The translations under genes and the position numbers were made by a program. 64,000 nt of DNA, from IMG/VR virus record IMGVR_UViG_3300031994_000004. One strand, written 5' to 3'. Origin of the DNA: a virus. Its lineage: Duplodnaviria; Caudoviricetes. This document shows positions 48,701 through 59,207 of this stretch, piece by piece (positions within the stretch are counted from its first letter, which is position 1; each line of letters starts with the position of its first letter). The notes beneath the pieces were generated by a model. It was not told where the DNA came from, searched no databases, and was given only the letters and a program-made list of their open reading frames with translations.

Positions 48701-50326
48701 ATGAAGAATTTTGCATCATTTTTAACAGAAGCTACCGTTGGTGGTGGCGACACATATAGAGCTTCTACAAAGATTGTAGAATTTTTGGGTAAGAAACTCA
48801 GTCAAGAATATGCTGAATTGGATGGTCAAACTTATACAAACGCAAGTGGTACCTATTTTGGTTTCTTATTTGTTAGTAAGACTGATAATTCCGCAATTAG
48901 AGTTAACTGGGAAGGCAACAAATTCCATTCCATTAACTTTTGGATTGACTGGGACTATGAAACAGACCCAACAAAAGAAATTTTCGTAAAAGACGCAGAA
49001 CCAGGCAAATCTTCTTTCGCCAAACTTCTTCCAGATATTGCTGCTATTTTGGTGGATGAAAACTCCATTGACACAGAAGGTGAAGAACCTGCTGAAGGCG
49101 AAGCAACAGAAGAAGTAAACGAATCGCTTTTGACAGAAAGAAAGGTTGAATACGAAGGAAAATTATACAATGGAAAGGCCGAATTGGTAATTGACTTGTA
49201 TGAACAGGATACCGATTTGGAAGAAATACAGAGCATTGTTCAGCTCAATAAGAAATACATTAAGGCTATTATTGCCAAATACTTGTATGAAAAGGGTGGT
49301 TCCGTTTCCGAAATTGGTGAAGCACTCGGTATGAATAACCAAGATGTTCGTGCTGCCGTTAATGCTGCTGAAGGTGAAGGCGAAGGTGGTGATGACAAGG
49401 TAGAACACAGCGAAAAGATTAAGGTTCTCAAGGGTGCCAAAGAAACCGTAGTTTTGAACAAGTTAGTCAAGAAGGGACAACAACAGTTGGATGACACCCA
49501 ATATGCTGACCCAGATATTGTCTTTGACGAAATTACTGACTATGTTACTATGGCAGCTAAAGAATTGCTTCCAGCATTGTTGATTACTGGACAAGGTGGT
49601 ATTGGTAAATCTTACAATGTTGAAAAGATACTTGACCAGTATGGTAAGCGTCACGAAACTTGGGAAAAAGTTAAAGGTAAAGCAAGTGCTGCTGCTATGT
49701 ACAATACACTCTGGTATAACAGAGATAAGATTGTTGTATTTGACGATTGCGATAGTGTTTTCAAAGACCCAGATGCTATCAACGTTCTTAAAGGTGCTTT
49801 GGATTCCAATGATTTCCGTGAAATTTCCTGGGCAACTAAAGGCGAAGGAATGGTTTACACATTGGATTTGGATGACAACAAAGAAATTCTCCAGCGTTGT
49901 CAAGAATGGTCTGACCAACATCACGGTAAAGAAGCAATCCCAAACCACTTCATTTTTGAAGGCGAAGTAATTTTCATTTCTAACTTGACAAAGGCAGAAA
50001 TCTATAAGAGAGATTCAGCTCTATTGACTCGTTGTACTTGTATTGACGTAGTGTTAAGTGCTCAGGGTGTAATGAAACGATTACAGACTGTATTACCACA
50101 CATTAAGGTCTATAAGGCTATGGGAGCAAGAGGTTCCGAAGGTAAAGACATTACTGACGAAGAATTGAAACAGGAAGTATTTGATTTTATGAACTCTGAC
50201 GAATTCTTGAAGAATCCTAAAGTTCGTGGAAAAGAATTGAACTTCCGTACGTTTGACCAGATTTACAAGCTCCGTTATGCGGAATTGCCAAACTGGAAAG
50301 ATAGAGCATTTGCTTGTGGTGGTTAA
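48701..50326 (+). CDS. AAA-family ATPase with capsid-targeting-like N-terminus
   Basis: GQGGIGKS, VVFDDCD, LKGALDS, IFISN; MKNFASFLTEA; CATAAATA upstream. Confidence 0.75.
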   Translation: MKNFASFLTEATVGGGDTYRASTKIVEFLGKKLSQEYAELDGQTYTNASGTYFGFLFVSKTDNSAIRVNWEGNKFHSINFWIDWDYETDPTKEIFVKDAEPGKSSFAKLLPDIAAILVDENSIDTEGEEPAEGEATEEVNESLLTERKVEYEGKLYNGKAELVIDLYEQDTDLEEIQSIVQLNKKYIKAIIAKYLYEKGGSVSEIGEALGMNNQDVRAAVNAAEGEGEGGDDKVEHSEKIKVLKGAKETVVLNKLVKKGQQQLDDTQYADPDIVFDEITDYVTMAAKELLPALLITGQGGIGKSYNVEKILDQYGKRHETWEKVKGKASAAAMYNTLWYNRDKIVVFDDCDSVFKDPDAINVLKGALDSNDFREISWATKGEGMVYTLDLDDNKEILQRCQEWSDQHHGKEAIPNHFIFEGEVIFISNLTKAEIYKRDSALLTRCTCIDVVLSAQGVMKRLQTVLPHIKVYKAMGARGSEGKDITDEELKQEVFDFMNSDEFLKNPKVRGKELNFRTFDQIYKLRYAELPNWKDRAFACGG

Positions 50327-50327
50327 T

Positions 50328-50561
50328 ATGACCTTAAACGAAGCAAAAGATTATCTAAATCAAAATGGTTATGAACTCATTGATGAAGGTTTCTTTGGTA
50401 GTGCCTATGACAAATATAAGAAAACTGTACTGAAACTTATTTCTAAGTATGGCGTAGAACTTAATAATAATCTAAATGAAATTGAAGATTGGATCCGAGA
50501 TTACTTTTTAGATAAAATGAATGTATATGACTGCGCTAAAGCCATAAGAGATAATATATAA
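50328..50561 (+). CDS. Small late protein with LNEAK..L...GY leader
   Basis: MTLNEAKDYLNQNGYELIDE. Confidence 0.7.
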   Translation: MTLNEAKDYLNQNGYELIDEGFFGSAYDKYKKTVLKLISKYGVELNNNLNEIEDWIRDYFLDKMNVYDCAKAIRDNI

Positions 50562-50590
50562 GTTCTCAATAAAACATTTTATTATATTAC

Positions 50591-50619
50591 AAGTATTGCC
50601 AACTCGGCAATACTTTTTT
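50591..50619 (+). terminator. Intrinsic terminator
   Basis: aagtattgcc-aactc-ggcaatactt-tttt. Confidence 0.8.
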
Positions 50620-50637
50620 ATTTTATTATGTTTGAGA

Positions 50638-50645
50638 TATAAATA
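50638..50645 (+). promoter_or_regulatory. Late promoter TATAAATA
   Basis: Exact match upstream of 50672. Confidence 0.65.
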
Positions 50646-50671
50646 TATAGAAATTTGCAAAAGGAGACTAA

Positions 50672-53600
50672 ATGAAGAAGCTATTCCTTATATTATTGAC
50701 AATAGCCACATTTGCGATGGGCGCAGATGTTAAACCGTTCACATTTGCTGATATAGCAACCGATTCAGCATCACAACAAGACCAATATGACTATATGTTG
50801 CAGTATAAGTTATATGGTACAGACTATATTAAAATGGGTCGCCGTGTAATCATTCCTGATAAGTCCGGTTGGAATGGTTCGTCAGGACCAATTTCTTCTG
50901 CTGAAGGAATTAGTTTAGGTGGTCCTGTCTTGACTGATAGCACTATTACACTTGGTGACCAGTGTCAATTCACAACTGGCCCTATTCGTGCTAAGTCATT
51001 AACTACTGGTAATGATAACGGACAAGCTATTTTTGCTGGTAATATATGTTTGACAGAAGCTCCAGTTGCTCCAACAACTACAGGTATTTCCCGTGGTGAA
51101 GGTAAATTATCTTGTGATAGTGTTCCACCAGCACCAGTTAATTTGTCTATGCCTACTATTACTTGGCCTTCCGATGGTTATCAACAAGACATTATTTTAA
51201 CTGAAAATAATCAGGCCGATACTATTGAAGTTCCTGAAGGCGAAGGTCAATATGATTTATATTTCAAGAACATTTGGACTTGCGTAGGTGGTAAGAATGG
51301 TTGTAAGATTTATATTCACATGACACAGAACAGACTAACAAGAATTTTCGTTGATTCTTTGTTTATCGGTAACCATACTACTATTAGTGTAATACTTGGT
51401 GATTCTGTTTTGCCACAAAGTAAATACCGTGGTAATGTTTTAATTTATTCTAACAAAGACATTATATTTGACAATACTGACAATGTTCCTATTCAGGGTT
51501 CTTTCATTACTACAGCTAAAATGTATTTGAAATGTAATCTTGATTTTGCTGGACAGATGCTCGCTAACAAACTTGAAATTGGTGACGATTTCAAAGGCGA
51601 AAATTTCCGTTTTGTGAAGTTTGACCCTGACACACTTGATTTCCCAGCATTGGATAAAAACGCAGGATTGAGAGAAAATGATAGCACAGTAATCATTCCA
51701 ATTCAGTTGAGTGATACTTCTACTATTGATGTTTATTTCACATATTGCTTTGATTTGAAAGAAGGTGTAACAGTTGACGATTTCAATATGCCACCTGAAA
51801 TTCCAGTCTGTGGAACAAATCAGTCTATTACAACAAAAATTCCTATTGGTTCAAAGACCCCACTTGATACAATTAAAGTCAATATAAAGATTGACACATT
51901 GACTGAACCAAACGAATTTCTCATTATGAGAATTGACAGTATCACTGGTGCTATTTTACCTAATGGTGAAACATCTGGTGAATTGAAGATTAAGATTAAA
52001 GATGCTCCAAACAAGCATGTTGAATTTGATACAACTGCTATCTACAAGTTCAATGAAAACGATACTGGTTTCGTTTCTTACATTAAAGTTGTAAACGAAA
52101 CACAATTTACTCATTTCTATTTGGATTCTAGTTGGACTGACAGATATACATTGGATTCTATTACAGGCGAATTGAGACTTGTTAAGGACCCATTGGACTA
52201 TGAAGCCACAACTGTAGATATGATTAAGGTTACATTGAAAGATACAGGTAATGTAGAAGTTTCTCGTCTAATTCCTATTGGAGTAATTGATGTAAACGAA
52301 GCACCTACATTGAATGATACCACATTTACTTTGTATGAAAATGTACCAGTTCCAGCTCTAGTTGGTACATTGAAGGTCAATGACCAAGATAAGACAACAG
52401 AATTTAGACAGAACTTGTTTAAAATCGTTGAAGGTGATTCTTGTTTCACCATTGACAATACTGGTAAGATTTATTCAAGTAAGATTTTCAATTATGAAAA
52501 GGACACAACCGAATTTACATTGAAGGTTATGGTTTATGACAAGAACTATCCAACAACTTTGTTTGATACAGCTACAGTAACTATCAAGATTGGAAACACA
52601 AATGAAGGACCAAAATTCCCAACAAAAGATACAACATTCTATGTTACGGAAAATACCAAGCCAGGTATAATTGGTAATGTTGCTGCTAAAGATGAAGATG
52701 GCGACACCATTACTTACAAGATTGTTGGTAATGTTCCATTCACCATTGACACTGCCGGTAACATTTCTTCAACTAGAGAATTTGACTTTGAAAAAGAAAC
52801 TGGTTTCACATTCAAGGTTGTCGCAACAAGTACTGATTTGACCGATACAATGAAGGTCACAGTAAAAGTAACAAACGAAAACGAACCTGTACATATAAAT
52901 GATACAACAATTACTGTCAAAGAAAATTATACAGGTCCTATTGGTAAAGTAGAAGGAAAAGACGAAGATGGAGAGCCTGTTAAATATACTATTAGCGACA
53001 CTACTGACTATTATATTAGTAGTGTGGGCAGCATAACATTAAAAACCCCATTTGATTACGAAACAAAGAACACCGACACAGTTACTGTCTATGTTACCAC
53101 TCCAAGTGGTGATAAAGATTCTGCGAAAGTAGTAATCAAGGTTCAAAATGTTAATGAAACACCTGTATTACAACCAAACGATACATTGGCAGTTCCTGAA
53201 AATTGTAAGAATTGTATTGTTGGTATAATCACAGCAACTGACCCAGATAAAGACCCAATTAAATACACAGTAAAAGAACCTGGATTTACCATTGATTCTG
53301 CTGGTGTATTGAAATTGACAGAACCATTAGATTACGAAAAGACACCTGTTGTAACAATAACTGTTACTGCTACAGACCCAAGTGGTGCCGGTGATACAGC
53401 TACATACAAAATCAAAGTTACTGACATTAACGAGCCAGTACATACAAAAGATACAACTTGTTCTGTAAAAGAAAACTATACAGGTAATGTTTGTAAGATT
53501 CCTGGTACTGACGATGATGGAACAAAACCAACATTTATCGTAACTGACACAACAAACTACAAGATTGATTCTACAGGTCAATTAGTAATCAAGAACCCTA

Positions 53601-55456
53601 TTGACTACGAAAAGAAAACAAAAGATACAGTAAAGGTTATCGTTACAGATGGTGATTTTTATGATACAGCTACTGTAATCATAAATGTACTTGACGAAGA
53701 CGAAATTCCTACTATTACAAAGATTGACGATAAACCACCTGTAGATACAATAAAGACAAATGACCCAGACCATAAGATAGATTACCAAATTTGTGAAGGA
53801 GACAAATGCGACATTGGTAACATTGACATTACAGTTAATAAAGATACTACTGTAAAGGTCTGTAACACAAAGAAAACAAAATGCGACAGTGTAGTTATTT
53901 TGTTTAATGATGCTCCACCTGTAGTAACATTGACAAATGCTAAATCCACAGATGCTTACATTGACTATATCACTATTGAAGAACAGAAAGACGATAAAAT
54001 CTATGTAAACAAGAAGGAAAATCCAATAACTGTTACTGTAAAAGATACTATTCACAAAACTGAAAAGCATTTTGAAATCAAGGTCAAACTTGATACTATC
54101 CCAACAAAGGACATTAAACTCAAAGAATACAATTACTTGATTGACGAAACCAAAGCTACAATAAATCCTATAGGTGGAAATAGGGGAGAATTGGTTGAAG
54201 TAATCAAGGACAATGGAACAGAAGTTACTATCAAACAAATTATTGACTTGAAGACTGGTAAACCAATAGATACAGTACAAACTGTTTCTTATACCAAGAA
54301 GGTCAATGGTAAAGATGTTGTAGTAACATATAAGACTGACAATTTGACTGGTCAAAAGATTGGTGATTACGAAGTTTCTTATATGGTTGATTCTTGTACC
54401 AAAGTAACTTACACAATGAATGACAAGAAACAAATTGTCAAGAATGAAGAAGGAAACATCAGTTATACAATTACTTACGATTATGTGGATGATTTTGGAA
54501 ACAAAGCATCTGCTAGTGTAGAAATTGTTTATGATGACATTCCACCTAAAGTAGAAATTCTTGAACCATTAGAACACGAAATTTTTAAGACAAATGCTGT
54601 TCCAGTAAAATGGACTGTCAATGGTGAAGTTCAAGATACATTAACCTTACAGAGACTTGAAAAAGGACCTAACACAATAATTCGTAGATATGTTGATAAA
54701 GCTGGTAATGAAAGTGCTGATACTGTATGGGTAATTATGAAAGAAGCTAAAGACATTGACATTACTATTATCCATCCTGTAACAGAAATCAACAAGGATA
54801 AAGTAGACGAATTTTACAGTAACGGTGAAAAATATGACCCTAAGAAACCATACAAAGTAACTATGGTAAATCCTAAGGACGATTCATTACCTGAAACTAT
54901 TGGTGTCGGATTTAAGATTGACATAGCATTACCTTCTGTATCAGCAACCGGTGGGTTGGCTACTTTGGATGACATTGTAAAGAATGGTCAGATTCCGGTT
55001 GACGATAAAGGTAACATTGTTGGTGCTTCCACAAAGGGTATTCCGGTAGAAAAATATGTTGAAGAACATTGTACTGCTGAATTCCAGGAAGATTACAGAA
55101 AGAACGGTTTGAACATTCCACTTTATGATGTAAAATATAATTTACATTTGTGGGTATGGACAACCACCGCAAACTATGTAAATGACTTCAATGTTGAATA
55201 CACGCTCAATGACCAGGAAACGACGTCGGAGGCCGGTACCGTCCAAATGGTAGTGGATTGGCTAACCGATAAGGAAGGGGCAGTACGTGCGAAGGGTGGC
55301 AAAGCACTAGGCACAGGTTCTTATATCACGAAATTATACTCAAAATCTGTTGCTAAACATCGTTGCGATTACAAAGACCAGGTTAAGGGTGATAAGACTG
55401 TGAAGAAAGAAGAAAATATGAAAACTTTTGGTTACAAAAGACCGACTAAAAAGTAA
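50672..55456 (+). CDS. Large exported cadherin-repeat / Ig-like protein
   Basis: Signal peptide MKKLFLILLTIATFAMG; about six cadherin repeats (xEN, DxD, LDYE/FDYE, DVNEAP). Confidence 0.85.
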   Translation: MKKLFLILLTIATFAMGADVKPFTFADIATDSASQQDQYDYMLQYKLYGTDYIKMGRRVIIPDKSGWNGSSGPISSAEGISLGGPVLTDSTITLGDQCQFTTGPIRAKSLTTGNDNGQAIFAGNICLTEAPVAPTTTGISRGEGKLSCDSVPPAPVNLSMPTITWPSDGYQQDIILTENNQADTIEVPEGEGQYDLYFKNIWTCVGGKNGCKIYIHMTQNRLTRIFVDSLFIGNHTTISVILGDSVLPQSKYRGNVLIYSNKDIIFDNTDNVPIQGSFITTAKMYLKCNLDFAGQMLANKLEIGDDFKGENFRFVKFDPDTLDFPALDKNAGLRENDSTVIIPIQLSDTSTIDVYFTYCFDLKEGVTVDDFNMPPEIPVCGTNQSITTKIPIGSKTPLDTIKVNIKIDTLTEPNEFLIMRIDSITGAILPNGETSGELKIKIKDAPNKHVEFDTTAIYKFNENDTGFVSYIKVVNETQFTHFYLDSSWTDRYTLDSITGELRLVKDPLDYEATTVDMIKVTLKDTGNVEVSRLIPIGVIDVNEAPTLNDTTFTLYENVPVPALVGTLKVNDQDKTTEFRQNLFKIVEGDSCFTIDNTGKIYSSKIFNYEKDTTEFTLKVMVYDKNYPTTLFDTATVTIKIGNTNEGPKFPTKDTTFYVTENTKPGIIGNVAAKDEDGDTITYKIVGNVPFTIDTAGNISSTREFDFEKETGFTFKVVATSTDLTDTMKVTVKVTNENEPVHINDTTITVKENYTGPIGKVEGKDEDGEPVKYTISDTTDYYISSVGSITLKTPFDYETKNTDTVTVYVTTPSGDKDSAKVVIKVQNVNETPVLQPNDTLAVPENCKNCIVGIITATDPDKDPIKYTVKEPGFTIDSAGVLKLTEPLDYEKTPVVTITVTATDPSGAGDTATYKIKVTDINEPVHTKDTTCSVKENYTGNVCKIPGTDDDGTKPTFIVTDTTNYKIDSTGQLVIKNPIDYEKKTKDTVKVIVTDGDFYDTATVIINVLDEDEIPTITKIDDKPPVDTIKTNDPDHKIDYQICEGDKCDIGNIDITVNKDTTVKVCNTKKTKCDSVVILFNDAPPVVTLTNAKSTDAYIDYITIEEQKDDKIYVNKKENPITVTVKDTIHKTEKHFEIKVKLDTIPTKDIKLKEYNYLIDETKATINPIGGNRGELVEVIKDNGTEVTIKQIIDLKTGKPIDTVQTVSYTKKVNGKDVVVTYKTDNLTGQKIGDYEVSYMVDSCTKVTYTMNDKKQIVKNEEGNISYTITYDYVDDFGNKASASVEIVYDDIPPKVEILEPLEHEIFKTNAVPVKWTVNGEVQDTLTLQRLEKGPNTIIRRYVDKAGNESADTVWVIMKEAKDIDITIIHPVTEINKDKVDEFYSNGEKYDPKKPYKVTMVNPKDDSLPETIGVGFKIDIALPSVSATGGLATLDDIVKNGQIPVDDKGNIVGASTKGIPVEKYVEEHCTAEFQEDYRKNGLNIPLYDVKYNLHLWVWTTTANYVNDFNVEYTLNDQETTSEAGTVQMVVDWLTDKEGAVRAKGGKALGTGSYITKLYSKSVAKHRCDYKDQVKGDKTVKKEENMKTFGYKRPTKK

Positions 55457-55478
55457 ATAAATTTTTACATTCTCAATT

Positions 55479-55518
55479 ATGGGTGTTAGGTAACTAACTC
55501 CCATTTTTTTTATAAATA
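55479..55518 (+). terminator. Intrinsic terminator followed by late promoter TATAAATA (55511)
   Basis: atgggtgttag-gtaa-ctaactcccat-ttttttt-ataaata. Confidence 0.75.
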
Positions 55519-55543
55519 CTATAAACAATTAAGGAGAATTTAT

Positions 55544-55933
55544 ATGGAATTAAATGAAGCAAAAGAAATTTTGAAGGATGCTGGTTTTCTAGTAGAAGCT
55601 AGACACAAAACTGTAGATAAACAAACTGTCCTAGATGTTCTATATGGCTATATTCTAACAAGTAAAAAATCCAGAGAAATTGTGGCTAACTATTTCAAAG
55701 AACTATTAAACACTGATGATGTTCAAGTATACAATAGTTACTACACACAGAAAGTTATAAACCACATGTCTTACGCAGATGAAGGCGAAAGACAAGAAAA
55801 AGGTACTTTCCTAGAAGTCAATGGACAAACTTATCTATTAGTACCTAATTATCTATATCACGGTGTTAAAAATGATATGTCTTTCCAAGAGTTAGTCAAA
55901 ACAGGAAAACTTGAACCTAAAAAGCCTATCTAA
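55544..55933 (+). CDS. Small late protein with LNEAK..L...GF leader
   Basis: MELNEAKEILKDAGFLVEA. Confidence 0.75.
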   Translation: MELNEAKEILKDAGFLVEARHKTVDKQTVLDVLYGYILTSKKSREIVANYFKELLNTDDVQVYNSYYTQKVINHMSYADEGERQEKGTFLEVNGQTYLLVPNYLYHGVKNDMSFQELVKTGKLEPKKPI

Positions 55934-56154
55934 TAGCAATAAGTTCTACAAATAAAATAAAAAATGAAAGAGCCATTCACGGGCTCTTTTTCTTTTTATA
56001 TTTGAATACATACAAAACAAAATAACTAGAACAAATTATTTGCAGTTCTAAAAAATAAAAATGTTTACACAATAAAAAATTTGTTTCTATATTTTGTTAT
56101 GTAATCAAAATGATTATACAAAAATCTTAACAAAATAAATCAAGGAGAAAAACT

Positions 56155-56433
56155 ATGTTAAGTAATTATGTATTGAATACACACGATGGTCTTACCTACC
56201 AGGTAACAAGTTCAACAATCCAGTCCCGCAATCGTATGCAGGTCACTGGCACAACCGTAAAGAATGTTCGTCACGTTCAGGTTGCGAAGAATCACCTTCG
56301 TCCATTGACTGCTTTTGAAGCATCTGTCTGTATGACTGCCGAACAGATTCTTCGTAACAAGAAGGCTATGTCCGAAGCTGAATCTACCATTGTCCAGCTT
56401 TCTCGTTTACTCAAAAAGCAGGTAATGGCATAA
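56155..56433 (+). CDS. Hypothetical protein
   Basis: AAGGAG SD, own promoter. Confidence 0.7.
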   Translation: MLSNYVLNTHDGLTYQVTSSTIQSRNRMQVTGTTVKNVRHVQVAKNHLRPLTAFEASVCMTAEQILRNKKAMSEAESTIVQLSRLLKKQVMA

Positions 56434-56434
56434 T

Positions 56435-56641
56435 ATGAACATTTGGCGTATTACGAAATATCGTTGTGACCAAAACGGAGTTCCTTATGGCGACCCTATT
56501 CAATCCTTGTGTTTCACACAGGAATTGATGGAGTCCTATAAGAACCCAAAATTTGTTATCAAAATTGAAGAACAGGTCGCATTAGACACATACAAAGTAA
56601 TTTGGACTAAGGAAGAAAGAACAAATGAAAGCAACGGGTAG
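56435..56641 (+). CDS. Hypothetical protein
   Basis: Operonic ORF. Confidence 0.6.
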   Translation: MNIWRITKYRCDQNGVPYGDPIQSLCFTQELMESYKNPKFVIKIEEQVALDTYKVIWTKEERTNESNG

Positions 56642-56936
56642 TAAAGTATTTCTCAAGCGTGAAGAAAGAAAATCAGCAGCTGGTATCATTACTCCATTGT
56701 CAAAGCAGGGTTTGGCTGTGTTCACAGTAGCAGCCGTTGGTCCTGGCGAATGGAATGTATTTACTGGTGAACTTATCCCAATGACTGTAAAGGTCGGAGA
56801 TAGAGTTGTTGCTGATGTAACCACTGCTCCTGAGATTGTCATTACCAATAAGAAAGACGGCACAAAGACAAAGTATAATGTTGTTCCTGAAAGCAGCATT
56901 GAAATGATTGTTGATGCCGACGAAGATGTACAATAA
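56625..56936 (+). CDS. groES: Co-chaperonin GroES-like
   Basis: KVFLKR..SAAGII, VAAVGPG, PMTVKVGDRV, ESSI. Confidence 0.85.
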   Translation: MKATGSKVFLKREERKSAAGIITPLSKQGLAVFTVAAVGPGEWNVFTGELIPMTVKVGDRVVADVTTAPEIVITNKKDGTKTKYNVVPESSIEMIVDADEDVQ

Positions 56937-56954
56937 ACTAATGGAGGGTGTTAA

Positions 56955-57257
56955 ATGAAGATATTAGACGATAAAATGATATTGCGTAATTTAACGACCG
57001 AAACTGCTGGTGGATTGTACATTCCAGGAATTGTTCAAATTGCTTACTCAATGTTTGAAATTGTCAATTTAGGCGCAGGTCATTTTGACAAAAGAGTTGG
57101 GCGAGTAAAACCACTTCCTAAAGGATTGAAAGTAGGCGACCGTGTTTTGGTTAATGTTGGTGTACTAAAGCCAATTAAGATTAAGGGTGAAAAGCTCTAT
57201 GTCTGCCCAAATGCGGAAGAAGCTATTTTAATTCTTGACGATGACGAAACACTATAA
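56955..57257 (+). CDS. groES: Second co-chaperonin GroES-like
   Basis: TAGGLYIP, IVNLGAG, LKVGDRVL, IKGEKLYV. Confidence 0.85.
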   Translation: MKILDDKMILRNLTTETAGGLYIPGIVQIAYSMFEIVNLGAGHFDKRVGRVKPLPKGLKVGDRVLVNVGVLKPIKIKGEKLYVCPNAEEAILILDDDETL

Positions 57258-57274
57258 TTAAGGAGTGAGTATAA

Positions 57275-57595
57275 ATGAATTGGAAAGTTAGTTTGATTAC
57301 AATAGCTTCTGTAATTCTTTATGCTTACGCTTTAGTTTGTTTCGGTTTAGCAGGACCAAACATTCAAAGTATAGCCCTCGTAGCTGGAGGCTATATTTTG
57401 AAGTATGGTCTTCTTTCTTTTGGTTTCTTTATGGCAGCCTTTTTGCCTTACAGAATAAATAAGGCATTGGAAAAGAGAAAACAGAAGAAGTACGAAATTG
57501 AATCAGAGCAAAAAATTATCGCTGCGGCACAGAAAGCAAAGGCCACGAACGATAAAATATATAATGAGTATATTAAGAACGAGGATGCTATCTAA
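57275..57595 (+). CDS. Membrane protein
   Basis: Two TM segments plus basic tail. Confidence 0.7.
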   Translation: MNWKVSLITIASVILYAYALVCFGLAGPNIQSIALVAGGYILKYGLLSFGFFMAAFLPYRINKALEKRKQKKYEIESEQKIIAAAQKAKATNDKIYNEYIKNEDAI

Positions 57596-58020
57596 TGGCA
57601 CAAACACTTGAAGAAGAAGTTAATACCCCAAAGCATTATCGCACACACGAAAGTGGGCTAGAAGCTATTGAAATCACACGCTGGCTCATTGGTGATTTGT
57701 CTAATGCTTGGAAATATGCGATGCGATACGAAGATAAAAATACCCCAAAGAAAGATGTTATGAAACTTTGTTGGTATTTGAATGACTTTCACAAGCATTT
57801 TATCAATATGAATAATGAAGTTACCAATACAACATTAAACGATTTACCAAGTTATGTTATTTCGGATATGTTGAAGGTAATTGATAACGAACCAGTACCA
57901 CAAATCAAAGAAGTATTCAAACAAATTCTTATTTTGTATGAATGCAAAGGTATTTTAATTCCTTCCGAATGGAATAAAATGCTAGACGATTTGGCAAGTT
58001 ATGCGAACACATTAAATTAA
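57595..58020 (+). CDS. DUF3310-like protein
   Basis: VNTPKHY..GLEAIEI..NAWKYAMR..K...KDVMK..WYL. Confidence 0.8.
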   Translation: MAQTLEEEVNTPKHYRTHESGLEAIEITRWLIGDLSNAWKYAMRYEDKNTPKKDVMKLCWYLNDFHKHFINMNNEVTNTTLNDLPSYVISDMLKVIDNEPVPQIKEVFKQILILYECKGILIPSEWNKMLDDLASYANTLN

Positions 58021-58099
58021 CCAAAATATATTGACAAAAAATTTTATTGTAAATATATTTTAACACAAAATCAAAAATACAAAAAAGGAAAAATAAATT

Positions 58100-58372
58100 A
58101 TGTCAAATTTAACTATTACATCAACTAAAATTTTGCCTATTTCTAATGGTAAGGGTGGTTGTGTTGCTATTGCTCAGCTTGTATTCAATGACGCATTGAA
58201 GTTGACAGGTATTAAGCTTATTGATAATGGCTCACATCGTTACATTTCTTATCCTCGTAATATGAGCAATAAGCAGAAGAAGTCCTTCTTTTTCCCTGTA
58301 AATAAGGAAATTGCTGAATCTATTAACGATAGATTGTGGGCTGACTATAAGAAACTTAACGAAAGCAAGTAA
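58100..58372 (+). CDS. spoVG: SpoVG-family nucleic-acid-binding protein
   Basis: ITSTKI..VAIAQLVFNDALKLTGIKLI..ISYP..FFPVNKE. Confidence 0.8.
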   Translation: MSNLTITSTKILPISNGKGGCVAIAQLVFNDALKLTGIKLIDNGSHRYISYPRNMSNKQKKSFFFPVNKEIAESINDRLWADYKKLNESK

Positions 58373-58373
58373 T

Positions 58374-58685
58374 ATGAAGAAGAAAAAGAGTTTTCCGACA
58401 CCTCCACAGCTCCTTCCAAATAAAAAGAAGGAAATGTTGAAAATCATTCAGGACCCTGAAGCGATGAAAAGGGTGTTTGAACTCATAAATTCTTCATCTA
58501 ATTTATTTGAAAAATCCAAGACTGTCAAAGCTGTAACTATGTTAGACTGGTATGAAAGGGTTATCCAAATTCTACCTGAAGATATGGAACAGCGTGACAG
58601 TTTTTGTGATAAATTAAAAGAATTGGTAGATAACTATGGAGTAGAAGATGGCACTTGTACTAAACAACAAGAACATAACAACTAA
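58374..58685 (+). CDS. Hypothetical protein
   Basis: Operonic ORF. Confidence 0.65.
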   Translation: MKKKKSFPTPPQLLPNKKKEMLKIIQDPEAMKRVFELINSSSNLFEKSKTVKAVTMLDWYERVIQILPEDMEQRDSFCDKLKELVDNYGVEDGTCTKQQEHNN

Positions 58686-58881
58686 CGAATTTGTCAGACT
58701 AATTGTCTGTTCGGTTTTAGAAGACTTGGAAATAAATTTTGACGATTACGCAAGAATATATGTTCAGGACTACGATTCATTGACACCTGAAGAAAAGACG
58801 AAAATCGCAGAATGGAAAGTAAAAGTTTTTGACAAACTAAATACTTGTATGAAAAGGAATGAAATTAAACGTCATGTCTAA
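58648..58881 (+). CDS. Hypothetical protein
   Basis: Operonic ORF. Confidence 0.65.
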   Translation: MALVLNNKNITTNEFVRLIVCSVLEDLEINFDDYARIYVQDYDSLTPEEKTKIAEWKVKVFDKLNTCMKRNEIKRHV

Positions 58882-59207
58882 GTTTATTGTTGGTAATAAA
58901 TACAAGGACCAACTTGGTCAAGAATATACTTTTTTGAGCGAGAATAATGGAATAGCAGTATTTCAATTTAACAAGGTTCAAAAGAAGTTTAAACTTATAG
59001 AGAAGTTTGGTAGCATTTCTATGGCTTGTAATCTTCGGCACCCAAATTAAAAGTGGCGACCCTAAGATTATATACGATGAAGAAATAGATGGTATTAGAC
59101 TAAACCAAGAACATATTTTTAATCTTAGTGGAGAAACGTATGTCAGTCTTTTCAAAAGGCATAAAGAAGAAAGTGAAAGTAGACAAAAAGTCAATAAAAA
59201 AGGATAA
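58874..59207 (+). CDS. Hypothetical protein; requires +1 shift at CGG 59036
   Basis: MSKFIVGNKYKD..MACNL-G-TQIKSGDPK; same ATCTTCGGCAC context as 5588. Confidence 0.65.

Noticed and set aside
53582-54433. 283-aa minus-strand ORF
   Set aside because: Shadow of the cadherin-repeat gene caused by codon bias.
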